The position numbers and the translations under genes are program-made. Under the pieces are notes generated by a model that worked only from the letters and a program-made list of their open reading frames with translations, was not told the DNA's origin and ran no database searches. From NCBI RefSeq assembly GCF_003018235.1, contig NZ_CP027437.1: a stretch of 64,000 bases of DNA, one strand, 5' to 3'. Below are positions 32,165-42,373 of this stretch, piece after piece. Position 1 is the first letter of the stretch. Each line of letters opens with the position of its first letter. The DNA comes from Escherichia coli (GTDB lineage: Bacteria > Pseudomonadota > Gammaproteobacteria > Enterobacterales > Enterobacteriaceae).

Positions 32165-33718
32165 ATGCAAATGATTACCTCGCGACAAAACAGATTATTA
32201 CGATTCCTTTTACCACGAAGGGAATATACGACTATTGTTACGATTGCCGGCTATTTAAATGTTTCGGAAAAAACCATTCAACGTGATTTACGTTTACTTG
32301 AGCAATGGCTGGAACAATGGCGAATAACCGTTGAGAAGCGTGCTGGCGCAGGTGTGATGTTAGACTCGAAGAATATTACTGATTTGCTGCATCTTGATCA
32401 TTTGTTGGGAGCAGAATGTGAAGAGATTGATGGTGTAATGAATAATGCCAGGCGCGTTAAAATAGCGTCGCAGTTATTAAGTGAAACACCGAATGAAACG
32501 TCGATCAGTAAATTGTCAGAGCGCTATTTTATCAGTGGAGCCTCTATTGTTAATGACCTGAGAGTGATTGAGTCCTGGCTTGCGCCGTTGGGGTTATCAT
32601 TGATCCGCAGCCCAAGTGGTACGCATATTGAAGGTAGTGAAGGGCAAGTCCGACAGGCAATGGCATTACTGATTAACGGCATTATTAACCATAATGAGCC
32701 GCAAGGTGTCGTGTATTCACGTCTGGATCCCGGAAGTTATAAAGCATTAGTCCATTATTTTGGAGAAGAAGAGGTGTTATTTGTCCAGTCATTGTTACTG
32801 GATATGGAAAATGAATTAAGTTGGTCTTTGGGAGAGCCTTATTACGTTAACATTTTTACTCACATCCTTATTATGATGTATCGCAACACGCACGGGAATG
32901 CGTTATCCAGAGAAGAAGATCAAACCAGGCAATATGATGAAAATATCTTTAATGTTGCCAGTCAGATGATTCATAAGATAGAACAACGAATTGCACATAC
33001 ATTGCCCGATGATGAAGTCTGGTTTATTTATCAATATATCATTTCATCAGGTGTGGCGATTGATGGACAAAAAGATGTTAGCATTATTTCACATATGCAG
33101 GCCAGCAATGAAGCGCGTCTGATTACCTGGCGTTTAATTACGGTATTCAGTGACATCGTGGACTGCGATTTTAGTGAAGACAGCGCATTATATGATGGCT
33201 TATTGGTGCATATTAAGCCGCTGATTAACCGACTAAATTATCGCATTCATATCCGTAATCCATTGCTGGAAGATATTAAAGCAGAATTAGCGGATGTCTG
33301 GCGGTTGACGCAATATGTGGTGAATCAGGTATTTAAAACCTGGGGTGAGAATGCAGTGAGCGAGGATGAAGTGGGTTACCTGACCGTTCATTTTCAGGCT
33401 GCGATGGAGCGGCAAATTGCCCGTAAACGCGTATTACTGGTCTGTTCAACCGGAATCGGAACTTCGCATCTACTGAAAAGCCGTATTCTGCGAGCGTTTC
33501 CTGAATGGACGATTGTTGATGTTATTTCAGCAGCGAATTTATCACAGGTTTTGCCTGACAATATCGAACTGATTATTTCGACCATTAATTTGCCTACAGT
33601 CACTATGCCGGTCGCTTATGTTACCGCTTTTTTTAATGATGCCGATATTAAGCGGGTCACTGAAATGGTGATTACGGAAAAATTACATCATGCGACATCT
33701 CGGGTCGTTGAAATTTAA
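32165..33718 (+). CDS. PRD-domain PTS-regulatory transcriptional activator (Mga/MtlR-like, HTH + PRDs + EIIB-like C-terminus), 517 aa; frz-operon-like regulator
   Basis: N-terminal HTH (TIAGYLNVSEKTIQRDLRLL), central PRD-like region, C-terminal EIIB-like motif LLVCSTGIGTSHLLK; first gene of a PTS operon. Confidence 0.7.
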   Translation: MQMITSRQNRLLRFLLPRREYTTIVTIAGYLNVSEKTIQRDLRLLEQWLEQWRITVEKRAGAGVMLDSKNITDLLHLDHLLGAECEEIDGVMNNARRVKIASQLLSETPNETSISKLSERYFISGASIVNDLRVIESWLAPLGLSLIRSPSGTHIEGSEGQVRQAMALLINGIINHNEPQGVVYSRLDPGSYKALVHYFGEEEVLFVQSLLLDMENELSWSLGEPYYVNIFTHILIMMYRNTHGNALSREEDQTRQYDENIFNVASQMIHKIEQRIAHTLPDDEVWFIYQYIISSGVAIDGQKDVSIISHMQASNEARLITWRLITVFSDIVDCDFSEDSALYDGLLVHIKPLINRLNYRIHIRNPLLEDIKAELADVWRLTQYVVNQVFKTWGENAVSEDEVGYLTVHFQAAMERQIARKRVLLVCSTGIGTSHLLKSRILRAFPEWTIVDVISAANLSQVLPDNIELIISTINLPTVTMPVAYVTAFFNDADIKRVTEMVITEKLHHATSRVVEI

Positions 33719-33744
33719 TGTCAGAATTTTATGAGGTATGACGA

Positions 33745-34215
33745 ATGGACATAACAAAAATCCTGAATACGAATCGCGTTATTTTAGATATGCAAGCGAC
33801 GAATAAAGCGGAGGCGATTGAAGAATTAACTAATCTTCTCAAAAAAGATGGTGCGATCGATTGTCGGGAAACCTTTATTAAAGATGTCTGGCAGCGCGAA
33901 GCGGAAGGCTCGACTGGTTTTGAAAATCATATTGCGATCCCGCATGGTAAATCTTCTGCGGTAATTAATACCACGCTGGCGATCGGGCGAACCCGGCAGG
34001 ATATTCCCTGGGAAACGCTGGATGGCAGTAGCGTGCGCTGTATTATTTTATTTGCGGTACGTCTTGAAGATCAAAATACCACCCATATCCGTTTACTTTC
34101 CCAGGTCGCGGGTGCGCTGGCGGATGATGACATCATAGAACAATTGCTGGTTGAGACGAGTCCGCAAAAAATCATTGATCTCTTTAGTCAGTATGCACAA
34201 TCCGATGTCTGCTAA
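33745..34215 (+). CDS. PTS EIIA component, fructose/mannitol (type 2) family, 156 aa
   Basis: Phosphorylation-site motif HIAIPHGK; size and profile of PTS_EIIA_2. Confidence 0.8.
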   Translation: MDITKILNTNRVILDMQATNKAEAIEELTNLLKKDGAIDCRETFIKDVWQREAEGSTGFENHIAIPHGKSSAVINTTLAIGRTRQDIPWETLDGSSVRCIILFAVRLEDQNTTHIRLLSQVAGALADDDIIEQLLVETSPQKIIDLFSQYAQSDVC

Positions 34216-34232
34216 ATAACAGGGAGTATGTC

Positions 34233-34547
34233 ATGAATATTGTCTGTGTTGCCGCCTGCACGGCGGGTATTGCTCACACCTATATTGCTCGTGAAAAGTT
34301 AATTAAAGGGGCAAAAGCACTGGGCCACACCATTAAAGTTGAAACCCAGGGAACCATTGGTACAGAAAACGAATTACAGGCGGCAGAGATCTCTGCTGCT
34401 GACGTCGTGATTCTTGCTGTGGATGTGAAAATAAAAGGAGAAGAACGTTTTACCAATAAACGCATTGTGCGAGTAAAGACAGAGATCGTCATTAAATCGC
34501 CCGTTCAATTTCTTGAAAAGGTCGAAAAATCACTGGGAAATAAATGA
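34233..34547 (+). CDS. PTS EIIB component, fructose-like (type 2) family, 104 aa
   Basis: N-terminal active-site Cys motif VCVAACTAGIAHTYIA; SD-like ggag upstream. Confidence 0.8.
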   Translation: MNIVCVAACTAGIAHTYIAREKLIKGAKALGHTIKVETQGTIGTENELQAAEISAADVVILAVDVKIKGEERFTNKRIVRVKTEIVIKSPVQFLEKVEKSLGNK

Positions 34548-34571
34548 TCCTTATACTGGAGGGATCTTAAT

Positions 34572-35663
34572 ATGAAAGAAAATAAAATTCCGGTTTCACA
34601 GGAAATTAAAAAACATTTATTAACCGGCATCTCGTGGATGATACCCCTTATTGTGGCCGCCGGGATATGTATTGCGTTGGGGCAAGTTCTTGGCGGTACA
34701 GATGTTGGTGAAAAAACAGGAACAATCCCGTGGATGCTTAATCAGATTGGCGGCTGGGGAATGGGGCTGATTGTGCCGCTGATTAGCGCGGCAATTGCCT
34801 ATTCTATTGCTGATCGTCCCGGTTTTGCCCCGGGCCTGATTGTCGGCTTTCTCTGTGGGCAAATCCATACCGGATTTATTGGCGGTATGTTGGGTGGTTT
34901 CCTGGTGGGCTACACCATTTTGCTACTTAAACGCTATATCCGCCTGCCGCAGTCGATGCAAGGACTCATGCCAATCATGGTGTTACCGGTATTGAGCACC
35001 ATTATCGGTGGGCTGTTAATGATGACGCTGATTGGTAAACCCATCGCCTGGTTACAAGAAGCACTGACTCATTTGCTCGAGTCGATGCAGGGCGGATCGC
35101 GCTTCCTGATGGGGGCCATACTTGGCGCGATGGCAACCTTCGATTTCGGTGGTCCGGTCAACAAAACCATGTCGCTGTTTTCCGATGGCTTGCTGGTCAG
35201 TGGCGTCTACGGACCAGAAGCCGTGAAATTTGTCGGCTCAATCATCCCTCCGTTTGGCATCACACTTTCGTTCTTACTGACACGCCATAAATACACCCGT
35301 GCGGAGCGCGAGGCGCTGAAAGCCGCGTTTCCGATGGGGATCTGCATGATCACTGAAGGAGTCATTCCGATCGCCGCGCGTGACCTGCTGCGAGTAGTGG
35401 GATCTTGTGTGGTGGCATCGGCGGTCGCGGGCGGCTTAATCATGGTGTGGGGCGTGGAGAGTCCGGTTCCGCATGGCGGCATGTTTGTTGTGCCTCTGTT
35501 CACCCATCCTCTGCTGTTTTGCCTGGCGCTGGGTATAGGCACGGTGATTTGTGGCGTGATGCTTTCACTCTGGAAGAAACCGGTAACGGAACGCGACGAA
35601 GAGTTTGACGAACTGAGCGATCAAAAGCTGAAAGATGAAGAGATCACTTTCACCCTCGAATAA
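34572..35663 (+). CDS. PTS EIIC permease, fructose-like family, 363 aa
   Basis: Polytopic membrane protein following EIIA/EIIB genes; FrwC-like profile. Confidence 0.8.
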   Translation: MKENKIPVSQEIKKHLLTGISWMIPLIVAAGICIALGQVLGGTDVGEKTGTIPWMLNQIGGWGMGLIVPLISAAIAYSIADRPGFAPGLIVGFLCGQIHTGFIGGMLGGFLVGYTILLLKRYIRLPQSMQGLMPIMVLPVLSTIIGGLLMMTLIGKPIAWLQEALTHLLESMQGGSRFLMGAILGAMATFDFGGPVNKTMSLFSDGLLVSGVYGPEAVKFVGSIIPPFGITLSFLLTRHKYTRAEREALKAAFPMGICMITEGVIPIAARDLLRVVGSCVVASAVAGGLIMVWGVESPVPHGGMFVVPLFTHPLLFCLALGIGTVICGVMLSLWKKPVTERDEEFDELSDQKLKDEEITFTLE

Positions 35664-35674
35664 CCGGAGGCCCT

Positions 35675-36526
35675 ATGTTTGCCGATATGAAAAGTATGGT
35701 GATGAAAGCCTGGCATGAACATTACGCCTTGCTGGCGATCAACTGTATGAATCTGGAAAGTGCTCACGCAGCTATCCGCGTGGCGGAGAAGAATCGCGCT
35801 CCGATCATTCTCAATCTCTATCAGGGGCATCTGGCGCATTTTCCTGCACCCGTCGCGGCGGCAGTGGTTAAAACGCTCGCGGAATCTGCCTCAGTACCGG
35901 TCGCTCTGGCGCTTGATCATGGCAAAAATCCGGACTGTATTCGTCAGGCGTTTCGTGCTGGTTTCAGCGGATTAATGATTGATGCTTCTGCTTTTCCCCT
36001 GGAGGAAAACGTGCGCCAGACCAGGGCGGTGGTGGAACTCGCCGCCAGCGCGCAGCTCTGCGTGGAAGGCGAACTGGGCCATCTGGCAGATGCGCCGCGT
36101 TACGACCAGGCCGCCAATGCAGACCTGATGACGCAACCCACTGATGTGGAACCGTTTATCGCGCAGACAGGCATTGATCTACTGGCCGTCTCGGTAGGCA
36201 CGGCGCACGGCATGTACGCGCCTGGTGTTGTACCTGCTATTGATTTTCAGCGTCTGGCGGAGATTTTCCACTGCTCGAGCGTGCCTCTGGCATTACATGG
36301 CGGTAGCGGTACGCCGTTCGATCAGCTCCAGCTCTGTACGACGCTGGGGGTAGCAAAAATCAACGTGGGGGCGGCCATTTTTGAACGGGGGAAATCCGCG
36401 CTCCTGCATACCCTCTGTCACGATATATCCATTGAACTGGTGGACGCGCTGAAAGCTATGGAACTGGCCTTCGAAGAAGCGATTACACCGTATTTACAGG
36501 CGAGCGGCTCTATAGGCAAAGCCTGA
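35675..36526 (+). CDS. Class II ketose-bisphosphate aldolase paralogue 1 (FBA/TBA family), 283 aa
   Basis: Motifs ALDHG, VGTAHGMY, ALHGGSG corresponding to the class II aldolase metal-binding histidines; strong SD ggagg 4 nt upstream. Confidence 0.75.
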   Translation: MFADMKSMVMKAWHEHYALLAINCMNLESAHAAIRVAEKNRAPIILNLYQGHLAHFPAPVAAAVVKTLAESASVPVALALDHGKNPDCIRQAFRAGFSGLMIDASAFPLEENVRQTRAVVELAASAQLCVEGELGHLADAPRYDQAANADLMTQPTDVEPFIAQTGIDLLAVSVGTAHGMYAPGVVPAIDFQRLAEIFHCSSVPLALHGGSGTPFDQLQLCTTLGVAKINVGAAIFERGKSALLHTLCHDISIELVDALKAMELAFEEAITPYLQASGSIGKA

Positions 36527-36606
36527 TTCATTTTCTGTCATGGCCTTTATGCCAGTGCAATAACGCACCGGCAGGGCGGACTACACGCTGAAACTGGAGA
36601 TTTAAC

Positions 36607-37467
36607 ATGTTAGTTTCGATGAAAGAATTACTGCAACCTACCCGCCAGCACGGCTTTGCCATTGGCGCATTTAATGTGGCGGATAACTGTTTCCTTCGCG
36701 CAGTCGTGGATGAAGCAGAAGCGACAAATACTCCGGCGATTATTGCCATCCATCCCAGCGAACATGATTTTGTGGGCGATGCCTTTTTCGCTCACGTTCG
36801 CGAAATTACCCAGCGTAGTCCGGTCCCGTTTGTACTGCACCTCGATCATGGTGCCTCTGTAGAGCATGTTTTGCGTGCGATTCGCTGCGGATTTACCTCA
36901 GTAATGATCGACGGTTCGCTGCTGCCGTATGAAGAAAACGTGGCGCTGACCGCAGAAGTGGTTCGCCTCGCTCACGCGGTTGGAGTGTCGGTTGAGGGTG
37001 AACTGGGAACCATCGGACAAACAGGAACGTCGGTAGAAGGTGGTGTTTCACAAGTGACCTACACAGATCCGGCGCAGGCCGCCGATTTTATTGCTCGTAC
37101 AGGTGCCGACACTCTGGCTGTGGCGATTGGTACAGCGCATGGCATCTATCCAAAAGGGATGCAGCCGAAGCTGCAAATGGACATTTTGCGCGACATTGCC
37201 GGACGTATTGATATTCCGCTGGTGCTACACGGTGGTTCGGCAAACCCGGACGCGGAGATTGCTGAATCAGTTACGCTCGGCGTCGGCAAAATCAATATCT
37301 CCAGCGATATGAAATACGCCTATTTCCAGAAAGTGCGTGAAATTCTCGCTAAAGAGAGCTGGTGGGACCCGAACGTCATCTATCCGGATGCGATTAACGC
37401 GGCGCGGGAAGTCATTCGCCACAAAATGAAACTGTTCGGTTCGCTCGGTAAAGCATCACTGTACTAA
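36607..37467 (+). CDS. Class II ketose-bisphosphate aldolase paralogue 2 (FBA/TBA family), 286 aa
   Basis: Canonical HLDHG, IGTAHGIY, VLHGGS motifs; resembles GatY/KbaY-type aldolases. Confidence 0.8.
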   Translation: MLVSMKELLQPTRQHGFAIGAFNVADNCFLRAVVDEAEATNTPAIIAIHPSEHDFVGDAFFAHVREITQRSPVPFVLHLDHGASVEHVLRAIRCGFTSVMIDGSLLPYEENVALTAEVVRLAHAVGVSVEGELGTIGQTGTSVEGGVSQVTYTDPAQAADFIARTGADTLAVAIGTAHGIYPKGMQPKLQMDILRDIAGRIDIPLVLHGGSANPDAEIAESVTLGVGKINISSDMKYAYFQKVREILAKESWWDPNVIYPDAINAAREVIRHKMKLFGSLGKASLY

Positions 37468-37475
37468 GCCAGAAG

Positions 37476-37495
37476 GGCGGGGTGACCCGCCTTTT
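37476..37495 (+). terminator. Intra-operon hairpin + short U-tract between aldolase 2 and kinase (candidate attenuator/partial terminator)
   Basis: GGCGGG-gtga-CCCGCC followed by tttta, in the 47-nt gap before the kinase ATG. Confidence 0.4.
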
Positions 37496-37514
37496 ACGCA
37501 ACAAGGAACGAGAT

Positions 37515-38447
37515 ATGCACTATCTGGGGTTGGATATTGGTGGGACCAAAATCGCCGCCGTCGTCATGGATGCGCATGGCTGGGAGATTCGCCGTTACCG
37601 CTGCCCGACGCAAAAGTCGACATATCAACAATTTGTCTCATGCGTTGTGGCGTTTATCGAGCAGATTAGGCGGGACGTTCAACGACCGATGCTGACAGGG
37701 ATCGCCTTACCCGGCAGTATCTCGCCACTCACTGGCCTGATTAAAAACGCGAATATTCAGGTGATTAACGGTCATGCGTTACAGGCTGATTTGCAGCAAT
37801 TGCTTGGGCAACCGGTGGTGATAGCCAATGATGGTAACTGTTTCGCGCTATCAGAAGCTTGCGACGGTGCCGGGCAAGATTATGACGTGGTATTTGGTAT
37901 TACGCTTGGTACGGGCTGCGGCGGTGGCATTGCCATCAAGCAACGACCGTTTATAGGGGCCTGGGGAAATGCTGCCGAATGCGGTCATATCACGTTGCCA
38001 AGCTATACGGAGCAGGAAGATGGTCCATCAGTCAGTTGCTATTGCGGCAAACACAACTGCGTGGAGTCGTTTGTTTCCGGCAGCGGTTTTAGTGAACGCT
38101 ATCAACAGATGACTGCTAACTTGCTCACTCCTGCGGCGATTGTCACCCTGGCACAACGTGGTGATGCTTGTGCCATGCAGCAGGTGGCACGTTTTCGCCA
38201 ACAGCTTGCCCGCACGCTGGCAACCATCGTTAACGTTGTTGACCCTGGCGTGATTGTGATTGGCGGCGGGCTTTCGAATGTGGAACTGCTTATCACCGAT
38301 CTGAACGCAGAAGTCGCTCCACTGGTTTTCACCGACCAATTCACCACCCCCATTGTAAAAGCGCAGCACGGCGACAGTAGCGGAATGCGTGGCGCTGCCT
38401 GGCTTGCTATGCGCAACGGAGAAGCCAATGAAACGTTCACAAATTAA
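37515..38447 (+). CDS. ROK-family sugar kinase (NagK-like), 310 aa
   Basis: N-terminal ATP-binding motif LGLDIGGTKIA and ROK zinc motif CGHITLP...CYCGKHNC; start chosen at ATG 37515 (the ORF-track start 37482 is a GTG inside the hairpin). Confidence 0.75.
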   Translation: MHYLGLDIGGTKIAAVVMDAHGWEIRRYRCPTQKSTYQQFVSCVVAFIEQIRRDVQRPMLTGIALPGSISPLTGLIKNANIQVINGHALQADLQQLLGQPVVIANDGNCFALSEACDGAGQDYDVVFGITLGTGCGGGIAIKQRPFIGAWGNAAECGHITLPSYTEQEDGPSVSCYCGKHNCVESFVSGSGFSERYQQMTANLLTPAAIVTLAQRGDACAMQQVARFRQQLARTLATIVNVVDPGVIVIGGGLSNVELLITDLNAEVAPLVFTDQFTTPIVKAQHGDSSGMRGAAWLAMRNGEANETFTN

Positions 38448-39108
38448 TTATGTTATTGATAAAGCACATGCCATTGCGCAGACCTTCCGCGTTTGTTTGC
38501 CAGAGTTCGCCTATTTTACGGTGGATGACTGGCTGCAGCGGGAACGGGATAACTGGCAAGAAGTGGTCGACTTACAGCTCGGTTGGGATATCACCGATTT
38601 TGGTCGTGGTGATTTCAACCAAACGGGACTAACACTGCTAACGATGCGCAACGGCGCGCTGGGGGCGGCGGCATATCCAAAACCGTATGCTGAGAAAATG
38701 TTGCAGATCCAACAAGATCAGCAGACTCCCTGGCATTTTCACACCCACAAAATGGAAGATATCCTCAATCGGGGCGGTGGAGACTTATGCATGCAGTTGG
38801 CCTGGGCCAACGAAGCCAATCTCTGTGATGATCAACGAGTCATTACCGTGAGTGTTGATGGTCAGCGGCGTACCATGAAACCTGGTGAAACGCTGGTGCT
38901 AAAGCCGGGGCAGGGCATTTGCCTGCCGCCGCGTCTGTATCATCGCTTCTGGGCGGAAAAAGCGTTTGTTCTCGGCTGGGAAATTTCGATGGTAAATGAT
39001 GACCAACACGATAACTATTTTCTTGAGCCGGGAGGACGTTTTCCGGCGATAGAAGAAGATGAACCGGTGAAATGGTTATTGTGCAGTGAGTATGGAATTT
39101 TGCGCTAA
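38428..39108 (+). CDS. Cupin-superfamily sugar isomerase (D-lyxose/D-mannose isomerase-like), 226 aa
   Basis: Start MKRSQINYV overlapping kinase 3' end by 20 nt; cupin-like motif region TPWHFHTHKMEDILNRGGG; family call from recalled similarity, not searched. Confidence 0.6.
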   Translation: MKRSQINYVIDKAHAIAQTFRVCLPEFAYFTVDDWLQRERDNWQEVVDLQLGWDITDFGRGDFNQTGLTLLTMRNGALGAAAYPKPYAEKMLQIQQDQQTPWHFHTHKMEDILNRGGGDLCMQLAWANEANLCDDQRVITVSVDGQRRTMKPGETLVLKPGQGICLPPRLYHRFWAEKAFVLGWEISMVNDDQHDNYFLEPGGRFPAIEEDEPVKWLLCSEYGILR

Positions 39109-39114
39109 TAACGG

Positions 39115-39153
39115 GGAACGCTAGCGCTGATATCCGCTAGCGTCCTTATTTTT
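39115..39153. terminator. Bidirectional terminator between frz-like operon and yicH
   Basis: Stem ggaacgctagcg / cgctagcgtcc with 8-nt loop followed by ttattttta. Confidence 0.65.
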
Positions 39154-40861
39154 ACTGCACCGGCTCCGTCGACGTAACTTCACCACTGGAAACTACGCCC
39201 GCATTCATGGTTTGAGTCACTTGCTGCTTTGCGGCATTCACGGCATGCAATTGCCCGCTAACCGTAGGTTTCAGCGGGACATTGGCCTGAATATCGCCAC
39301 TGGCAGTAAGCTGAATATTGCCGTCGCCAGTCAACGGTAATTCAGGCCATCCCCACTGTTGCAAAATATTCACCGGCACACCGCGTCCATTCAGGCTGAT
39401 ATGGGTCTGACGTTGTGGCGTTTGTGAAACACTGGCGGTGGCTTCCAGAATGCCTTTTTCAGTAAATGCACTCAGTTCGCTGATATTCACCGTGCTGCTG
39501 TTGGCGGTCAGCGCCAGCGATGGGCGACGAACATCAACACGATTGAATGTCGCGGCGGCGGCATTCAGATTCGCCGAACCACTCCAGACGCCCCATTTAT
39601 GATCGGTAACCAGCGTCAGGTTGGTACCGTAACCATCGAGCGCGGTGAGCTGCCACGGGAAGTCAGGGTCGATATCAATGATCAGATTGCGGCTGGCGCT
39701 AAATCTCTTCAGTTGCAGGCTGTTTAACCAACCGGGTGTCGTTTCCATCCACAACTGTTGCCAGTTTTTTGGCAAGGTATATTCCAGTCCGGCAATTGCC
39801 GCATCATCAAGGAGCAACGTTTTCCCGTTGCGCAGCCAGTTCCCGGACGTTCTGACCATGCCCCCTTCCCAGCGGCTGGTGAACTGGCGCAGCGCTACGC
39901 CCTGCGGGGAAAATTCCGCGTTTATAATCGGGTCAAATAAATGCAGCGAACCATAAATGAACTCGCTGGCGTTCATCGACAGTTTGCCTTCCTGTGTCTG
40001 CCAGTCATCTTTACTGAAGGTCATGTTGCGCAAGCTGAGATCGAGGTCGGTCACCGCCCAGTCCGGACCTTGCAGGCGAGCGTCGATGACTTCCAGGCGA
40101 CCGATCTGCAACGACGGGACAGAGCGTAATGGCGCAAAGAAGTCAGTTAGCGATTTTTCGCTTTGTAGACGGATATCCGCCAGCCGCAGATTTTCCACTT
40201 GCCAGCTGCCGTCGGCGTTACGCTGCGCGTTTCCGGTTAATGTCCCGCGGGCGATGTCGGCACCCAGGTTAGTCAGCGTAACGCGATCGTTATCAATACT
40301 GCCTTCAATCAGTACATTGGTGGCAGGAACATCATTGAGAGAAAGCGATCCGGCACTAAACTGAATCTGCGCCTTCGTACCCAGCACTTTACCGGCTTCT
40401 GGTGACCACGGAACCACGCCACCATTTACCCGCTGCGCGCTCAGTTTCCATTCGCTATTCGGGCTATTAAACGCCATATCACGCAGTTGCAGACGATCGG
40501 CTTTGAACGGTAGCGGCGCGGTCTGGTCGGTGAGATTCAGCGTCCCGTTTTCCAGCAGGATGGTATCGACATGGCGTGGTTCGGTCAGTTGCCGACTGCT
40601 TAGCGCAATGTCGACACTTTTTGCCACCAGGGTCGCGGGCTGGCCATCACGGCCGAACGTGACGTTCTCCAGCACGATATGAGATGGCGCGGAAAAACGG
40701 TGATCCATCGCCCCGAAGGCCAGATGATAGTCGCTATTCTCGGAAACCCATGCGCTGATATGTTCTGCTCCCCAGCGGGTTTGCAGAAGAAAATAGAGGC
40801 CAGCGATCACCACTAACAGAGCGATGAAAATGTAGAGAAGCAGCTTCCCAATAAATTTCAT
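39152..40861 (-). CDS. yicH: AsmA-family outer-membrane assembly protein, 569 aa
   Basis: Conserved start MKFIGKLLLYIFIALLVVIAG within ORF 39152-40885. Confidence 0.85.
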   Translation of the reverse strand: MKFIGKLLLYIFIALLVVIAGLYFLLQTRWGAEHISAWVSENSDYHLAFGAMDHRFSAPSHIVLENVTFGRDGQPATLVAKSVDIALSSRQLTEPRHVDTILLENGTLNLTDQTAPLPFKADRLQLRDMAFNSPNSEWKLSAQRVNGGVVPWSPEAGKVLGTKAQIQFSAGSLSLNDVPATNVLIEGSIDNDRVTLTNLGADIARGTLTGNAQRNADGSWQVENLRLADIRLQSEKSLTDFFAPLRSVPSLQIGRLEVIDARLQGPDWAVTDLDLSLRNMTFSKDDWQTQEGKLSMNASEFIYGSLHLFDPIINAEFSPQGVALRQFTSRWEGGMVRTSGNWLRNGKTLLLDDAAIAGLEYTLPKNWQQLWMETTPGWLNSLQLKRFSASRNLIIDIDPDFPWQLTALDGYGTNLTLVTDHKWGVWSGSANLNAAAATFNRVDVRRPSLALTANSSTVNISELSAFTEKGILEATASVSQTPQRQTHISLNGRGVPVNILQQWGWPELPLTGDGNIQLTASGDIQANVPLKPTVSGQLHAVNAAKQQVTQTMNAGVVSSGEVTSTEPVQ

Positions 40862-40981
40862 GGTCTTCCATCCCGTGAAATGCACATAAGGGAGTTATGC
40901 ACGATTTACGCGCAATCCTCAAGGCGGGAATGGTGAAAGAGGTGAGACTGCGGCGGTAATTATCTTACCGCCGCCAGTGAA

Positions 40982-42373
40982 TTACTGTTTTTCTGGTGGG
41001 AAAATCAGATTCAGCACGATGGCAGTAATACCGCCTGCGGCGATCCCGGAGGAGAGCAGGTTTTTCAGCCACTCAGGGGCAAACTGCAAAATCAGCGGCT
41101 GCTGAGACACGCCCAAACCGACCGCCAGCGACAGCGCGATAATCAGAATCGCCCGACGGTTCAGCGGCTCACGAGAAACAATGCGCACACCGGAGGCGGC
41201 GATGGTGCCAAACATTACAAGCGTTGCGCCGCCCAGAACCGGTTCAGGAATGTGTTGTACAAAACCGCTCACTGCCGGGAACAGACCCAGCACGATCAAC
41301 ATCAGCGCGACGACAAAACCGACATAGCGGCTGGCAACACCGGTTAACTGGATCACTCCGTTGTTCTGCCCGAAGCAGGAGTTCGGGAAGGTGTTAAATA
41401 CCGCCGAAACAAACGAGTTCAGGCCGTTTGCCAGCACGCCGCCTTTCAGGCGTTTCATGTACAGCGGACCGGACACTGGCTGTTCGGAAACGTCAGAGGT
41501 CGCCGTGATATCGCCAATGGTTTCCAGCGAAGTGATCATAAAGACCAGCATCAGCGGCAGCAGCAGACTCCATTCAATGCCAAGGCCGTAATAGAGCGGC
41601 GTTGGTACCATAATCAGTTCTTGCGTCATCGGTTCGTTGCTTTCTGGCAACATGCCCATAAACCACGCCAGCGCATATCCGGCCGCCATCGCAATCACCA
41701 GTGAGGCCACGCGTAAGTAAGGGTTACGTTGACGGTTAAGCAGGATAATTAAGGCTAAAACCACGCCTGCCAGCAGCAGATTTTTCGGTGCGCCGAAGGT
41801 GTTATCGCTCATGGCTGCGTAACCGCCGCCAATGGAGGTCAGCCCCACCTGAATTAGCGACAGGCCGATAATCATCACCACAACGCCAGAAACCAGCGGC
41901 GTAATAATGCGGCGCGCCAGATGCAGAACGCGGGAGATCACCATCTCGGTGCAACTTGCCAGCATCAACGTGCCAAACAAAGCCGCCATCATGGTAGGAA
42001 CATCAGCACCACCGGTTTTCAGCGCGGTACCGCCCATAATCAGCGGGGCAACAAAGTTGAAGCTGGTGCCCTGAATAGACAACAGCCCGGAGCCAACCGG
42101 ACCCCAGGCCTTAATTTGAATAATCGATGCCACACCGGAGGCAAACAGCGACATACTAATAATGTGTTGCGTGTCTTGTGCCGGTAAACCCAGCGCCTGG
42201 CAGATTAATAGCGCTGGCGTGATCACCGCAACGAACATCGCCAGCAAATGCTGACAGGCGGCAAACAGAGTTTGAGGAAGCGGCGGACGATCTTCAAGAC
42301 GGTAAATCAGTTCGCTGTTTTGAGTCTGCGCAACCGGTTGCGCATTTTCTGACTCGAGGGTGGAAACAGACAT
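40982..42373 (-). CDS. xanP: Xanthine permease (NCS2 family), 463 aa
   Basis: Conserved start [16 protein letters not shown]; full-length match to XanP/YicE. Confidence 0.9.
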
